Below are positions 10,128 through 20,832 of a stretch of DNA of 64,000 bases, piece by piece. Where the stretch lies: the NCBI GenBank assembly GCA_965223865.1, contig OZ245020.1:736001-800000 (forward strand). The letters are read 5' to 3'. Made by a program: the position numbers and the translations under genes. Position 1 is the stretch's first letter, and each line of letters begins with the position of its first letter. Source of the DNA: Nitrosarchaeum sp. GTDB lineage: Archaea > Thermoproteota > Nitrososphaeria > Nitrososphaerales > Nitrosopumilaceae. The notes beneath the pieces were generated by a model that was not told where the DNA came from, searched no databases, and saw nothing but the letters and a program-made list of their open reading frames with translations.

Positions 10128-10953
10128 GTGGTCAAAAAGATATCTGTCATATCATGGAATATTGAACATTTTAATGAAAAATAAAGATGATGAACGTATA
10201 AAAAAACATATCCAAGATGCCAATCCAGATATTTTGGCTGTTTTTGAAGTAGAAGGAAAACAAGTATTCCAAAAATTCATGGAACACTTTCCACAATATT
10301 CTTTTCATATTACTGAAGGTACTCAAACTCAAGAGATTCTACTCGGTGTAAGAGGAAATCTAACCTCATTTTTTACCCAAAGAACAGAATTCAAACACGG
10401 AAACGAGTTTTTGCGTCCTGGAACATTGCTTACTGTTCGTGTCGATATAGATAATGACAAACATGAAGATTACACATTCTTGTTTTTACACACAAAATCT
10501 AAGAGTGTGGCTATTGGACTTGGCACACGTGAGAAGCAATTTGATCATGCATTTAACTTGAAAAAAAAGTTAGATGAAGTTGATCCTAATCATGATACCA
10601 AATTTGTCATAGTAGGTGATCTTAATACTATGGGAATGAAATACGGAGATTTTAAGATTACAGCTGAAGATGAATTGAAGTTTCTCAAATCACAGGTATC
10701 TGAGAAAGACATGTCTTTTCTTGACAAGGATTATGGTTTTACATATACTACAAAAACAGGCAAAAAGAAAACGGATCTTGATCACGTGGTTGCTACAAAA
10801 AATATAAAATTCAGACAATGGGGTGAAAAGAAAGTCAAAGTATCAGGATGGAAAGAGTTTGATGAGGCAAATGATAAAGCTGGCTTAAGAGATTTTGTTG
10901 AAAAGGTTTCTGATCACAATTCATTGTATTTTGAGATAATCTATCAAGACTGA
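10128..10953 (+). pseudogene. Endonuclease/exonuclease/phosphatase (EEP) family protein, frameshifted near 10170-10180
   Basis: GTG-start MVKKISVISWNIEHF is out of frame with the main ORF (PDILAVFE, GDLN, LDHV, SDH). Confidence 0.75.
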
Positions 10954-10989
10954 ATTTCTATCTTTTATTATTAAGATTATTCTGTATTT

Positions 10990-11187
10990 GTGAAACAAGT
11001 CAAATTACAACACAGAACATATCTTGGAAAAGACAAGAAAACAAAATACATGCAGCACAGAATCAATATTCCAGATTATATCATTATAAAACTAAATTGG
11101 ACAACCGAAAATCAAGTCATTCTAAACATAGACACAAAGAAGAAAATTCTACTTTTGGAAACAAAGACTGAACAAACAGCTTTATGA
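10990..11187 (+). CDS. AbrB-like small DNA-binding protein, paralog of 8809
   Basis: MKQVKLQHRTYLGKDKKTKYMQHRINIPD. Confidence 0.65.
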   Translation: MKQVKLQHRTYLGKDKKTKYMQHRINIPDYIIIKLNWTTENQVILNIDTKKKILLLETKTEQTAL

Positions 11188-11218
11188 GATATATTGCAAA
11201 TGCAAGATTTCAATACCA

Positions 11219-11668
11219 TTGAAAACATTTCATCATTCTTTTGTTGTAGGTTCCCCCATTGACAAGGTGTGGAATTTCTATACTGACTTGCATCATTTGC
11301 AGGTAATCACTCCAAAAAGACTAGATCTTCAGATAATAGAGTCAAGCGGTGACAGAATAGCCTTGGGTCAGATTGCCTCATTTTCAAGCAAGCTGCTGAC
11401 TAGAGTGACCTGGAATACCAGGATTACAGCTTGCAAGCCATATACGTATGTAGATGAGATGAGCAATCATGCGTTATTTAAACGCTGGAGGCATACTCAT
11501 GTTTTTCACAAAATAAAAGAAAATCAGACAAGGGTAGATGATGAGGTTAAGTTTGAGTTACGGTATGGGTTTGTTGGTAAGATGTTTGAATGGTATGCCC
11601 GGGACAAGCTCAAGAAAATCTTTGCGCACAGACAGCAGGCAACAATTAGGGCTTTGGACAATGCATGA
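11219..11668 (+). CDS. SRPBCC/START-family protein
   Basis: VWNFYTD...LQVITP...FKRWRHTHVF...IFAHR. Confidence 0.85.
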   Translation: MKTFHHSFVVGSPIDKVWNFYTDLHHLQVITPKRLDLQIIESSGDRIALGQIASFSSKLLTRVTWNTRITACKPYTYVDEMSNHALFKRWRHTHVFHKIKENQTRVDDEVKFELRYGFVGKMFEWYARDKLKKIFAHRQQATIRALDNA

Positions 11669-11692
11669 AACGGCACCATTACTGCATTAAAA

Positions 11693-11748
11693 ATAATTTT
11701 GGAGCTTAAGACCAAAAACCAGCGCTAGTATCTTGGTGACAGCTCCAA
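11693..11748 (+). repeat. Remnant of the AbrB-like gene 3' end and its downstream sequence
   Basis: ataattttggagcttaagaccaa...tgacagc matches about 8968-9020. Confidence 0.65.
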
Positions 11749-11898
11749 ATGGTAGAAGGACGTTATTATTGTAATTTACAAAATTAGAATATAGAGAGAT
11801 GGTAATTTCACTATTCTTTATAGGATCGTTTTGTGTTGTCTTTTGATTAGTGATGATTTATACGTTAATGTTAAATTTCTAAATGTAATATCAGATCA

Positions 11899-12033
11899 TT
11901 GCCAACAACTACTACCACCATCTGGAAATGTTACAGATGTGATCTCCTCTTTGCCAAAGAAAACACTGCCAAAATTCATAACGATGTATTCAAACACCCT
12001 GTCCAAAAGATAGAGACCACGCTGTTTGCCTGA
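11899..12033 (+). CDS. 44-aa C2H2 Zn-finger microprotein
   Basis: TTG start; WKCYRCDLLFAKENTAKIHNDVFKH. Confidence 0.7.
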   Translation: MPTTTTTIWKCYRCDLLFAKENTAKIHNDVFKHPVQKIETTLFA

Positions 12034-12066
12034 CTTTCTTTATTTCTTTTTTTAATGATGTATTTA

Positions 12067-13737
12067 CTATATCCTCTGAACTGTAGTAATTCTCCATGGC
12101 CCTTCATCTAATCTCTGCAAGGTCCACCTTCTTCTAACATTGACATCCAAAAACGTTTTGTATTTCCCATTCTCAGACAACTCATAATGATCTACAAACA
12201 CATCGACCTCATCAATGTCAGGAAATCCAAATTCATCATCTTTTTGTAAAATCCTGCGCACTGTGTTGGTCTTGTCTACACGTACATCATGAACTCTGTC
12301 TGAGATTAATCTTCTTGACTGCTCCCATGCTCCTGGAAAGGAGCCTCTTGGAACATATGATGGGTCAAATGTCACATGATTTTCCCAGTATAGGCGTGCC
12401 CTCCACGTTGCAAATAGACTCTTCCATGCCTCCTCATGACCAAGCTTGACTGCTTCAATCATGGCCTCTATTACCTCTCGGGGTGAAGCATCATCTTTGA
12501 CCTTTATTGGAGCAAACTGGTTTACCTTTTCTTGACCTGCAAACTTGATTTCATCATCGTTTTCTGTATTTCGCAGATCAACAAAAAACTCTCCATCGCT
12601 TCCTGCCCTTGCTGCAACAATTTTTGCCATAAGACCCGTAATTGCCTTTCTGTCTTTTGTAATTAGTGCGGGTTCATCGATAATCTCTGCAAGATATTGG
12701 TAGCGCTCTGTTAGTTTGGGGCTTACTTGTGCCTTATATCGGTACATTGCATCATAAAACTTTCTTACATATGCAGAATCGGATAACTGAATAAAGTAAA
12801 ATCCCTCTGTCATGTTTCCAACTACTGCAAATGTCTTGCCTAGATCATTGATAATATTTCTTGTAGTAATCCACGGCAATTCCACTATTTTTCCTGCAAC
12901 AGAGTCTCTATCATCTATATGCACTGTTGGAAACGCTGTAATCGTTTTGTCTTTTAAATCTGCATAAACCTTATTCCATGCAGTTTGTGCTTCTTGTTTT
13001 ACTGTTTCAATTCTCTTTGCACCGATCTCTCGGTATTCCAAGTCAACCTCGTCAATCTCTTTTCCAAGTAGACTGTCGTATACTTTTTGCCAATCTGATA
13101 AAACAACATCTGCAAATGGTCCGGGATATTTCTCTTGCAGATAGTCAATTCTCTCTCTATGTCCTTCATGCTCTTGCAGTTCTTTTTTGTTGTTGATACG
13201 TTTATGATCCCATCCACCATCCAAAATGCTAGACATCTTTTTTGCTAAACTCTCATACCAGCCTGACCATGATACTGAAAAATCATCCCGTGACATGCTT
13301 GGAGGGCCACCAGGACCTAATGCTCGTTTTCTGTCTTCTGTTGCAGAATCATAGTAGAATCTTTGTGCTAACAGCTTTCCCGGAATCCCAAGTATTTCTT
13401 TGACTCCTTCACGAAATACCTTAAGTGTGATGGCATGACCATGCTTTATTTCATCTAGTTTCTGCCAATATGCAGTCTCGCCATACTGGCCTATTGCACT
13501 TCCATGCTTTCCTGATTCCAAAAATGGCTCAAATGAGATGTCATCATATCCTATAATAATGTCTTCAATCTGCAAATCACTGTTACGAAAATCACTATCC
13601 CAGTCAATCCAGGTGACCCTGAATCCCTTTTGCACAAAAGAGTCAGTTACTGCATCAGTCTTTATCCATGCCTTGACGTCAGTCTCATCAAGTATCTTTG
13701 TAAACTCTGCAATACCCATGTTATCATTGCTGCTCAT
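12067..13737 (-). CDS. Hypothetical protein (about 556 aa) with PDZ-like N-terminal region
   Basis: GFRVTWIDWDS...SDLQIEDIIIGYD; ATG at 13737 overlaps the upstream stop (ATGA). Confidence 0.7.
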   Translation of the reverse strand: MSSNDNMGIAEFTKILDETDVKAWIKTDAVTDSFVQKGFRVTWIDWDSDFRNSDLQIEDIIIGYDDISFEPFLESGKHGSAIGQYGETAYWQKLDEIKHGHAITLKVFREGVKEILGIPGKLLAQRFYYDSATEDRKRALGPGGPPSMSRDDFSVSWSGWYESLAKKMSSILDGGWDHKRINNKKELQEHEGHRERIDYLQEKYPGPFADVVLSDWQKVYDSLLGKEIDEVDLEYREIGAKRIETVKQEAQTAWNKVYADLKDKTITAFPTVHIDDRDSVAGKIVELPWITTRNIINDLGKTFAVVGNMTEGFYFIQLSDSAYVRKFYDAMYRYKAQVSPKLTERYQYLAEIIDEPALITKDRKAITGLMAKIVAARAGSDGEFFVDLRNTENDDEIKFAGQEKVNQFAPIKVKDDASPREVIEAMIEAVKLGHEEAWKSLFATWRARLYWENHVTFDPSYVPRGSFPGAWEQSRRLISDRVHDVRVDKTNTVRRILQKDDEFGFPDIDEVDVFVDHYELSENGKYKTFLDVNVRRRWTLQRLDEGPWRITTVQRI

Positions 13738-15074
13738 TGTAATCCGCCTTTTGAGCTTGAAACCTTGCTTTCCAATTGTTTTCTGTTTGTAGTAAAGATC
13801 TGTTTTGTTCTGTCCCATGTTGATCCTTCTGCAACACGTCGTAGCCCTCGCCCTAGTTTTTCAAGCTCGACTCTCCAGAAATCCTCAATCTCCTTTTTTT
13901 GTTTCTCTGTCAATCCGTTGATATCCACATGCCAAGCTCTGACAGTGTCATTGTGAATGTCCTTTAATTTTTGTTGTATGTTAAAACCATTTATGTCCCT
14001 CCATGCGTATTCCATACTTCTTCTTTCTAAAAGATCCTCGATCTGTTTGTCTCCTACAGGACCCACAAAAATTCCTCGATTGTCAGAAATAAATTCCTCG
14101 TACTGCGTCTTAAATTCATCAAACAGATTTTTGACCAGAGGAATTGCTTTTTCTACAAATTTTACTGCATCCTCAATCTGTCCTTTTGTCTTGCATTGTT
14201 TGGCTATGTCTATGCTGTTTTTACAGGTCTCTTCAAACTCCTCACTTGCAGTATCGAGATTTGTTTTGTTTAAAAATTCACGTACTCCATTTCTTGTTTG
14301 ATCAAACAAGATAACTACCGTTTCTTCACTTTTGTATGCATTCATGTATACTCTAACCAAATCATCAATACTTTTTTGCAATTGCTGTGCCTTCATTAAC
14401 ATCACTTGTACTGCAGTCAGTGCAGCATTTACTTCCAAAGGAATACCTGGAGTCCTCTTTGCGGCACCCACTGCTTTAAGCAGTGCAGTTTCTCCTGCCC
14501 TTTCCTGAGTTACCAACTCATTAACTATATTTTTAAAAATTTCAAGTACCTTTGCAGAGGTGTCTTTTACTTTTGAGTCCGCTAATTGGTCTGTACTTAG
14601 TAGATTCTTCCATTTTTCTTCAAGACTATTCATTTCTGTATAAAACTTGTATGTGTATACTTGAACTTGACCTTGAAACCACGCAAGTGGAACACTTTTG
14701 AGCTTGGCAAAAAATATCGACTCTAAAGTTGCAATGCCTTCGGAAAACAATCGTAATGCAGGAGTCTTGTCATCATCTGGTACGAATCCTAGAATCATCT
14801 TGTGTGCTTCTTGTCCCATCTTTTCAAAGTGGTCATCCCACTTGTCTTTCTGAGCAGCACCAGTAATTGATGTGGACTCGTTTTTTAGTATTGGAAGCGC
14901 GCTGTTTAAGGCTTTGTCACGCCAATCCATGTATTTTTTCATTGAATCTGTAAATGTTGTGTATCTAGTTAGAATTGGAAGAATCTCCACTTCGTCTTTA
15001 GAGCCTATCTCCAGTTGTTCAGTTGTTTTTATCTTGTCCTCCAGCTCATCCCATCTTGCAGCATACTCTGCCAT
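13734..15074 (-). CDS. Hypothetical alpha-helical protein (446 aa)
   Basis: Long ORF with amphipathic helices; coupled to the downstream gene. Confidence 0.75.
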   Translation of the reverse strand: MAEYAARWDELEDKIKTTEQLEIGSKDEVEILPILTRYTTFTDSMKKYMDWRDKALNSALPILKNESTSITGAAQKDKWDDHFEKMGQEAHKMILGFVPDDDKTPALRLFSEGIATLESIFFAKLKSVPLAWFQGQVQVYTYKFYTEMNSLEEKWKNLLSTDQLADSKVKDTSAKVLEIFKNIVNELVTQERAGETALLKAVGAAKRTPGIPLEVNAALTAVQVMLMKAQQLQKSIDDLVRVYMNAYKSEETVVILFDQTRNGVREFLNKTNLDTASEEFEETCKNSIDIAKQCKTKGQIEDAVKFVEKAIPLVKNLFDEFKTQYEEFISDNRGIFVGPVGDKQIEDLLERRSMEYAWRDINGFNIQQKLKDIHNDTVRAWHVDINGLTEKQKKEIEDFWRVELEKLGRGLRRVAEGSTWDRTKQIFTTNRKQLESKVSSSKGGLQ

Positions 15075-15232
15075 AAATTCTCATACTATCAAGAATTACC
15101 TAATTAATAAAAAGTTCACATCAGCAAAATGTGATTTCTGATTTATGGATTCAGATTCATTTAGCATTATTTGATTTTTGAAAATACATGTCTTCCAATA
15201 TCTCCTTTTAAACAAATTATAGTTATCTTTTT

Positions 15233-15724
15233 GTGAAAAAGATCAAGATCTATCTTCCATTGTTTGTAATTATTGTAACTACAATTGGACTGATATTTGA
15301 TGTGATAATCCCAAATGTGTATGCTTTGACTCTGCCATCATACAACGAACAGGTATCATCTAAAAAAGACAATTTGTGGCATCTTGGAAAGAATCTGTCC
15401 ATTGGTGATTCTTACACATACAAGATTTGTGACCCCTCTGCAATCCTAAACTATTCGGCAGAAAGCTATCATTACTTTACAAAAGATCTGGAACACAATT
15501 CCAGCCTGTGTTATATCATAAAACTGGACTTTGTCAACCTGTTAAATTCAGATGAAAACCAGATTAACAGTGACATTTGGGTGGTTCAGGCATCAATAAG
15601 TGACATTTTAGGCAAGAATAACTCCATAAGACGTAGTCTCTATTATCTTAAGATCAAGCCTTTTTGGGGTGATTACCTCCAAATGGTGCAAATCAGTATA
15701 GAAATCCCATACCTTGTCAATTAG
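15233..15724 (+). pseudogene. 3'-truncated paralog of 9442
   Basis: Near-identical up to NSIRRS (about 15637), then runs into an antisense SRPBCC fragment. Confidence 0.75.
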
Positions 15725-15760
15725 AGCATCCACAACGAAAGAATGGTTAAAGGTTCTCAA
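15638..15760 (-). pseudogene. 5' fragment of a second SRPBCC gene
   Basis: MRTFNHSFVVDALIDKVWDFYTDLHHLEVITPKRLDLKIIE matches 11219. Confidence 0.8.
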
Positions 15761-15878
15761 CTATGTTGAATTCTGACACTTGTAATATATCCAATAAAGT
15801 GAATCTGGAAATTTTTTATCACCCTATCTTGTTCTAAATTATTTTCTTGAAGTATAGGGCAGTAATATGATGATAAGA

Positions 15879-18441
15879 TCATCGGTTTTTCTCTATGTAT
15901 TTTCTATAAGCAACAAATCCAACTAGCATGATCAAAGACAGTCCCAACAACACTGCAATCCATTGCGCAAAGACTCCTTCAAACAACAGGCTTTCGGCTT
16001 TTCTGTTTGGTGGATTGATTATGTGCTCATCAATTTTAGGCAATGTGGTTTTTGCAGTGCCATCCCAAATGTTTTGAGCTGAAATTGTCAACTCATCTGC
16101 AAGATATTCTTGTGGCACTGGAATTACACATGTATTATTTGATTTTGTTTTGAAGCATTCTGGTAGGTCACCACTGTCAGTTGTAATGTCATTGATCTGC
16201 AGTGATTTGATTTCTCCAAAGTTTGGATCATAATCATACAACAACACTTTTGGGTTTGCAGGATCTCTTTTCATGTCAAGTGTGTTGTTCTCATCCATGT
16301 TTACCAGGTACTTGTATGGTATGGAAAATTCATGCCATGTGTTATCAAACACATTGGTAACCTCTTTTGTTCCATCATCTGCAGATATGCTGATAAAAAA
16401 ATGGAGACAACGCATGCAGTCCTGTAGTTAACGGTATTGGCAACCTTGCATTTTCAGAATCTAACAAATATTTCTCAGAGATTTCAGTCACGTCATCATC
16501 AGAGAATGACTGTGGCAATATGACATCGTATTGCGTAAACAATGATGCTGTCCTTCTAGTCTTTTCCAGAGTGACACTGCCAAACCCAAAAACATGGTTC
16601 TCATCCATAGAGTAGACATCATCGCCATTTACTATAGTAATTGAATTGCCATCCTTGTCAAGTCCAGTTATGATTTGCGAAAATCCGTCATCCTCACTAT
16701 CAAAGAATATCTTGTCATACATGTATTCATCCAGATATTCGATGTCTGGAATGTCGAATCTAGGCTCAATCTCAAGCAGAATCTCTACAGAGTTGTCCTG
16801 GTTTCCTTCTGAATCCAGTGCAGTTACAGTTACCGGATTGTAAAAGAAGCTTTCAGGATACATGTATTCAGTAAATGTCAGATGTGTAACATCATGTCCT
16901 GCAAAATAGCTTGACTGCAACGTGTCAAACACTGTTGCATTCTCAAACCGTGGAATCTTTTTTGATTCATCATATACTGTATTTAGGATTCCTGGATAGT
17001 CAAAGAATATTTTTCCGTATCCGGACTTTACAAAGTTTGCAGTGGTGTGCCTTTCTACCTCAAATGGAATCATTCCTGCAAACTCTGTTGCTATTAGTTT
17101 GCCTGAAATATCCTCAGACATCTTGACAGGCAACTCGTTGTTTACAATACTGACATCATGTGCCTCATCCCAGATCAGATCAATTTCATCAGAATAGTCA
17201 GTATCAGCAACTGTGCCATCCAGTAATTGATACTCCCATGGGTCCGCACCCCATGTGGAATAAAAATAATTATTTATCTTGCTTCTCCTGTCTTCATGAA
17301 CTCCAATAACGTCATCTGGATTTGCATCTGTGCTTTCAGAACCAAAGTAATGCAGTGCAATTCCCATTCTGTCATCAAATGCAAGTCTTTGGTCATCTGA
17401 TAACACGGGATAGACATACGCATCATAGATTGGCTCGTACTCCACCACCAAAGCCGAAGTTGAATTGTTGTTCTCATCGATTTGTGGTGAAATGTTGTAC
17501 AGTTTTGTGTTGTATGATATGGTGTGGTTTCCAATCAAATCTAATGACGTTGCATTGTATACTGTGTTTCCACCACCATAGTCAAATGATTCGGTCCATG
17601 GCTGGAATCCGGAAATGATCATTGTGTTTGTACAGCTTGCCGCATTGCAAAAAAACTCATCTTCCAATGTTAATGGTGAATAGTCCTTGTCAATCTCGGC
17701 AAATATTGTACCGACTCGGTCATTTTTCCACTTGTATATTGGATTGTGAACGACATTGATTGCATCCCACACATAGTATGACTTGTCAAGATTTCTGGAC
17801 ATGTATCCGTCATCTTCTGTAAATTCGTATCCGTCTTTTTCCATGGTGACCTCAAGATATGGCAAGATCACAGGAGGAGCATAGCTGGCAGATGCACTGA
17901 CAGTTGGCCATCCGCAATGCCATGTGCTGCCTGACTTGTGACATACGTATTGTTCAGCAGAAGCCCTCTTTGACACTGATACTGATTCAGACTCTCCAAT
18001 TGTTGGGGATACGGTTGCAGTGCCAGAATCTGATGAAGAACCATATGTGCCTCCTACAGGATCATCTTCTGAATCGTGTCCATGTATTACACAGTCAGGA
18101 CCATGTGAGATGCCAGTCAGGTTTGGAGTTGCCTGTACAGGACAAGGCTGAAAGTGTCTGCACCCCTCAGTCCACGTGTTTATCTCATAGTCAAATGCAT
18201 CACCAGGATAGAATGTCTTGTCGAGATTGTTCCTGTGAAATGGTCCATGATGTGTAGATGTAATTGTAATCTCTACATGGACATAGCATCTTTCCTTGTA
18301 TAGCGTATCAGTTGATACGGCATCATTGCCAGAAACAGAATGGGTTGTAAACAACACTACAGAGTAGGCAAGAACATGATTGTACAATATAGTTGTGTTT
18401 CCAAGAACAAGTATAGCTACAAGAAAAATTCCTAATCTCAC
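15879..18441 (-). pseudogene. Paralog of the 851-aa surface protein, split by an extra base in a T7 run at 16395-16401
   Basis: The 688-aa and 178-aa ORFs align consecutively to 5642-8197. Confidence 0.85.
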
Positions 18442-18494
18442 AAGATACAGTCATTGTTTTTTTAAAACCAAAAATATTCAGATGTCTTTGTAAT

Positions 18495-19379
18495 TTACTT
18501 GAGATATTTTTTGTGGGTCTTGAGATATCTCTTCATAAACCATTGCAAAAACGGCAGCTCATCATTTTTGGTCTGTGATCGTTCCAGTGCAGTATAGTAT
18601 GAACGCCTGTCACTATAATCAATGTCTAACAACGGATAGCCAAACTTGTTTAGAACATGATTCATCATCAGTCTTGTGGTTCTGCCATTTCCATCCCCAA
18701 ACGGATGTATCGTGACAAATTTCAGGTGAACCATGGATGCCAGCTCCGCAGGATTTAGTTTCATCTTGTTTGCATTGTACCATCTAAAGAACCCGCTCAT
18801 CAAAAGATTGACAGCAGTGTGTGGCGGTGGAACAAACTTGCTTTGACTGATACGTACGTCATAGTTTCTGATGATTCCAGCAATGTCTGGTTTTGTCTGC
18901 AGGAATAATCTCTTGTGCCATCTTTTTACCAGTGCAAGTGATAGGTCATTGTCTTGTTTCATTATCTCCAAGAACAGTCTTTGATGTATCTCTGCTTCTT
19001 TGATGTCACTGCTTGGCCTGTTTGAAGGAGTCAGTCCATCCTCTAACAAGAGTGCAGTATCATTTAGCGTAAGAGTAGAGCCCTCAATTCTCTGCGTATT
19101 GTACGTAAATCTTACAGAAAATGACTTTAGGTTTTTTTCCTGGATTGACTTTGGGATTCTTTTCTGTTCGCGTATGAAATTTTTGTGGATCTTTTCTAGC
19201 TTTGGAAGCCAGTCCTGTCTTTCTATCTGTATTGCAAATTTCTTTTTTCTCTCTTCAATGTCTTGGGGTATTTTTTTTCCAAGATATGCCTCGTGCTGTC
19301 TTCGTCTTCCTTTTTTAGAGTCATGGTAAAGATAATAGTAATCTTGGTTTCCTTTTTTTCTCTTTACCACATTGACCAT
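18495..19379 (-). CDS. fic: Fic-domain protein
   Basis: HPFGDGNGRTTRL signature; N-terminal YNTQRIEG motif. Confidence 0.9.
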   Translation of the reverse strand: MVNVVKRKKGNQDYYYLYHDSKKGRRRQHEAYLGKKIPQDIEERKKKFAIQIERQDWLPKLEKIHKNFIREQKRIPKSIQEKNLKSFSVRFTYNTQRIEGSTLTLNDTALLLEDGLTPSNRPSSDIKEAEIHQRLFLEIMKQDNDLSLALVKRWHKRLFLQTKPDIAGIIRNYDVRISQSKFVPPPHTAVNLLMSGFFRWYNANKMKLNPAELASMVHLKFVTIHPFGDGNGRTTRLMMNHVLNKFGYPLLDIDYSDRRSYYTALERSQTKNDELPFLQWFMKRYLKTHKKYLK

Positions 19380-19586
19380 AATTTGTCTTACCCAGGAAAT
19401 TATTTAAGATTTATTGATTTTGGTAAATTTTCCTGGGGAAATCATTCCTAAAATCAAAAACATCAAAACAGAGAAGAAAATATTGTCTCACACTTTCCAG
19501 TCTTCTTCTAAGGTATATTGGAAGGTAATAAAACAATTTATGGTATACAAACCCAACAAACACCAAAATCTCAAGTACCAGTGTAT

Positions 19587-19817
19587 TCATGTCTCTTCCT
19601 CAAGGGAATCATCATCTGTGTCGCCTCTGCCATCGTATTGTTGACTATGGTAATGTGCGGCAACAAATTCAGGGTTGTATCTCTGACTGGTTTTGGTGGA
19701 TCTTAGCACAGGTATTGTGACCCACATGTATTGGTCATCATATACAATACTGTCAAGAAAGATGTCATCATGAAACGGCAAAAACAGATGACAACATATG
19801 GGACACTTTATCTTCAC
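19587..19817 (-). CDS. 76-aa MKIKCPxC protein
   Basis: Degenerate paralog at 4478. Confidence 0.55.
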   Translation of the reverse strand: MKIKCPICCHLFLPFHDDIFLDSIVYDDQYMWVTIPVLRSTKTSQRYNPEFVAAHYHSQQYDGRGDTDDDSLEEET

Positions 19818-19851
19818 AAAGTTATACTATCCAAAATAATTTAACCAGTAT

Positions 19852-19932
19852 TCAACGGTCTGCTTCACATTCAATGTCAGACTCTAATTTCTCCAGTCCT
19901 TCCCACCACATGGGAATAGATTCAGATGCCAT
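19852..19932 (-). CDS. 26-aa WWEG microprotein
   Basis: MASESIPMWWEGLEKLESDIECEADR; paralog at 31139 with conserved promoter. Confidence 0.6.
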   Translation of the reverse strand: MASESIPMWWEGLEKLESDIECEADR

Positions 19933-19999
19933 CATAAGGTAGCGAGGATCTTTGCTTATAGCTCTTACTGAGAAATCAGAATTATTTTATTTCAATCAA

Positions 20000-20224
20000 T
20001 TATGACGTAACCAAAGTTAGAGTACTTAGGATTCCAGGTCTGTTTCGTATCTTGTTTGCCATTATGTTTTTGATTTTTTGAATTGACTCTGCTTCTATCT
20101 TTATTACTGCATTGTATGCCCCAAATGTCTTTTCCATTTCACTGACTTCATTAATTGATCTGATATCATCAAGTACCTCTTCTTTTCCATCATCACATTT
20201 TACTAGTATATGTGCCATTTGCAT
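20000..20224 (-). CDS. Stand-alone Lrp/AsnC ligand-binding (RAM) domain
   Basis: AHILVKC...TFGAYNAVIKIEA...ILSTLTL. Confidence 0.85.
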   Translation of the reverse strand: MQMAHILVKCDDGKEEVLDDIRSINEVSEMEKTFGAYNAVIKIEAESIQKIKNIMANKIRNRPGILSTLTLVTS

Positions 20225-20293
20225 TGTTTAACAGAGATGCTTTAGGATTCTACATTAAAACCGGTGTTGAGAAATTATTCGCAAAGGATATTA

Positions 20294-20383
20294 TCATCTA
20301 TCTTTATGACAGTCACAAGAACATCCAACTCCTGATGCATGCTCAATCATACAGCTAGGGCATGATGCAGATGATTCATTCAA
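20294..20383 (-). CDS. 29-aa Cys/His-rich microprotein
   Basis: (M)NESSASCPSCMIEHASGVGCSCDCHKDR; core conserved with 30699 through synonymous changes. Confidence 0.7.
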   Translation of the reverse strand: MNESSASCPSCMIEHASGVGCSCDCHKDR

Positions 20384-20655
20384 TTTGTGGTTTTTTCAAA
20401 AGTTATGGTTTATAGATCTTGTGCATGAATCATACTATGGTATGAAAAATTTTTGATCTGAAAAGTCAACTACATTGCAAAATTACAGTTAAGTCATGAT
20501 TACCAAAAAAGACGCATTGCTTAGTCCAATAGGTTTTGGGATAGTCTAATTTGCCGCACTGCTCAGTCTTCTTGCATACCTCAAAGATACTTTGGGAATA
20601 TGAAATTTCAAGGCTAAAAGAAGTAATAAAAACAAAAGAGATGTAATGAGTCATC

Positions 20656-20832
20656 ATGGTTGGATGCAAGGCTATATGCTACAAGTACAAGGCTACGCCA
20701 AGAGGCATGGGCCCTCTCAGATACTCTATAGGCCAAAAAAGATGCCAGATGTGCGAGATATTTCTTGATTGGGAAGGCCTGTATTGCCCATGCTGCGGAT
20801 TCAAGCTCAGAACTCAAACCACGAGCCTCTGA
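20656..20832 (+). CDS. Cys-rich Zn-finger protein, 3' end joined to an oxidase remnant
   Basis: MVGCKAICYKYKA...GQKRCQMCEIFLDWEGLYCPCCGFKLRT. Confidence 0.7.
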   Translation: MVGCKAICYKYKATPRGMGPLRYSIGQKRCQMCEIFLDWEGLYCPCCGFKLRTQTTSL

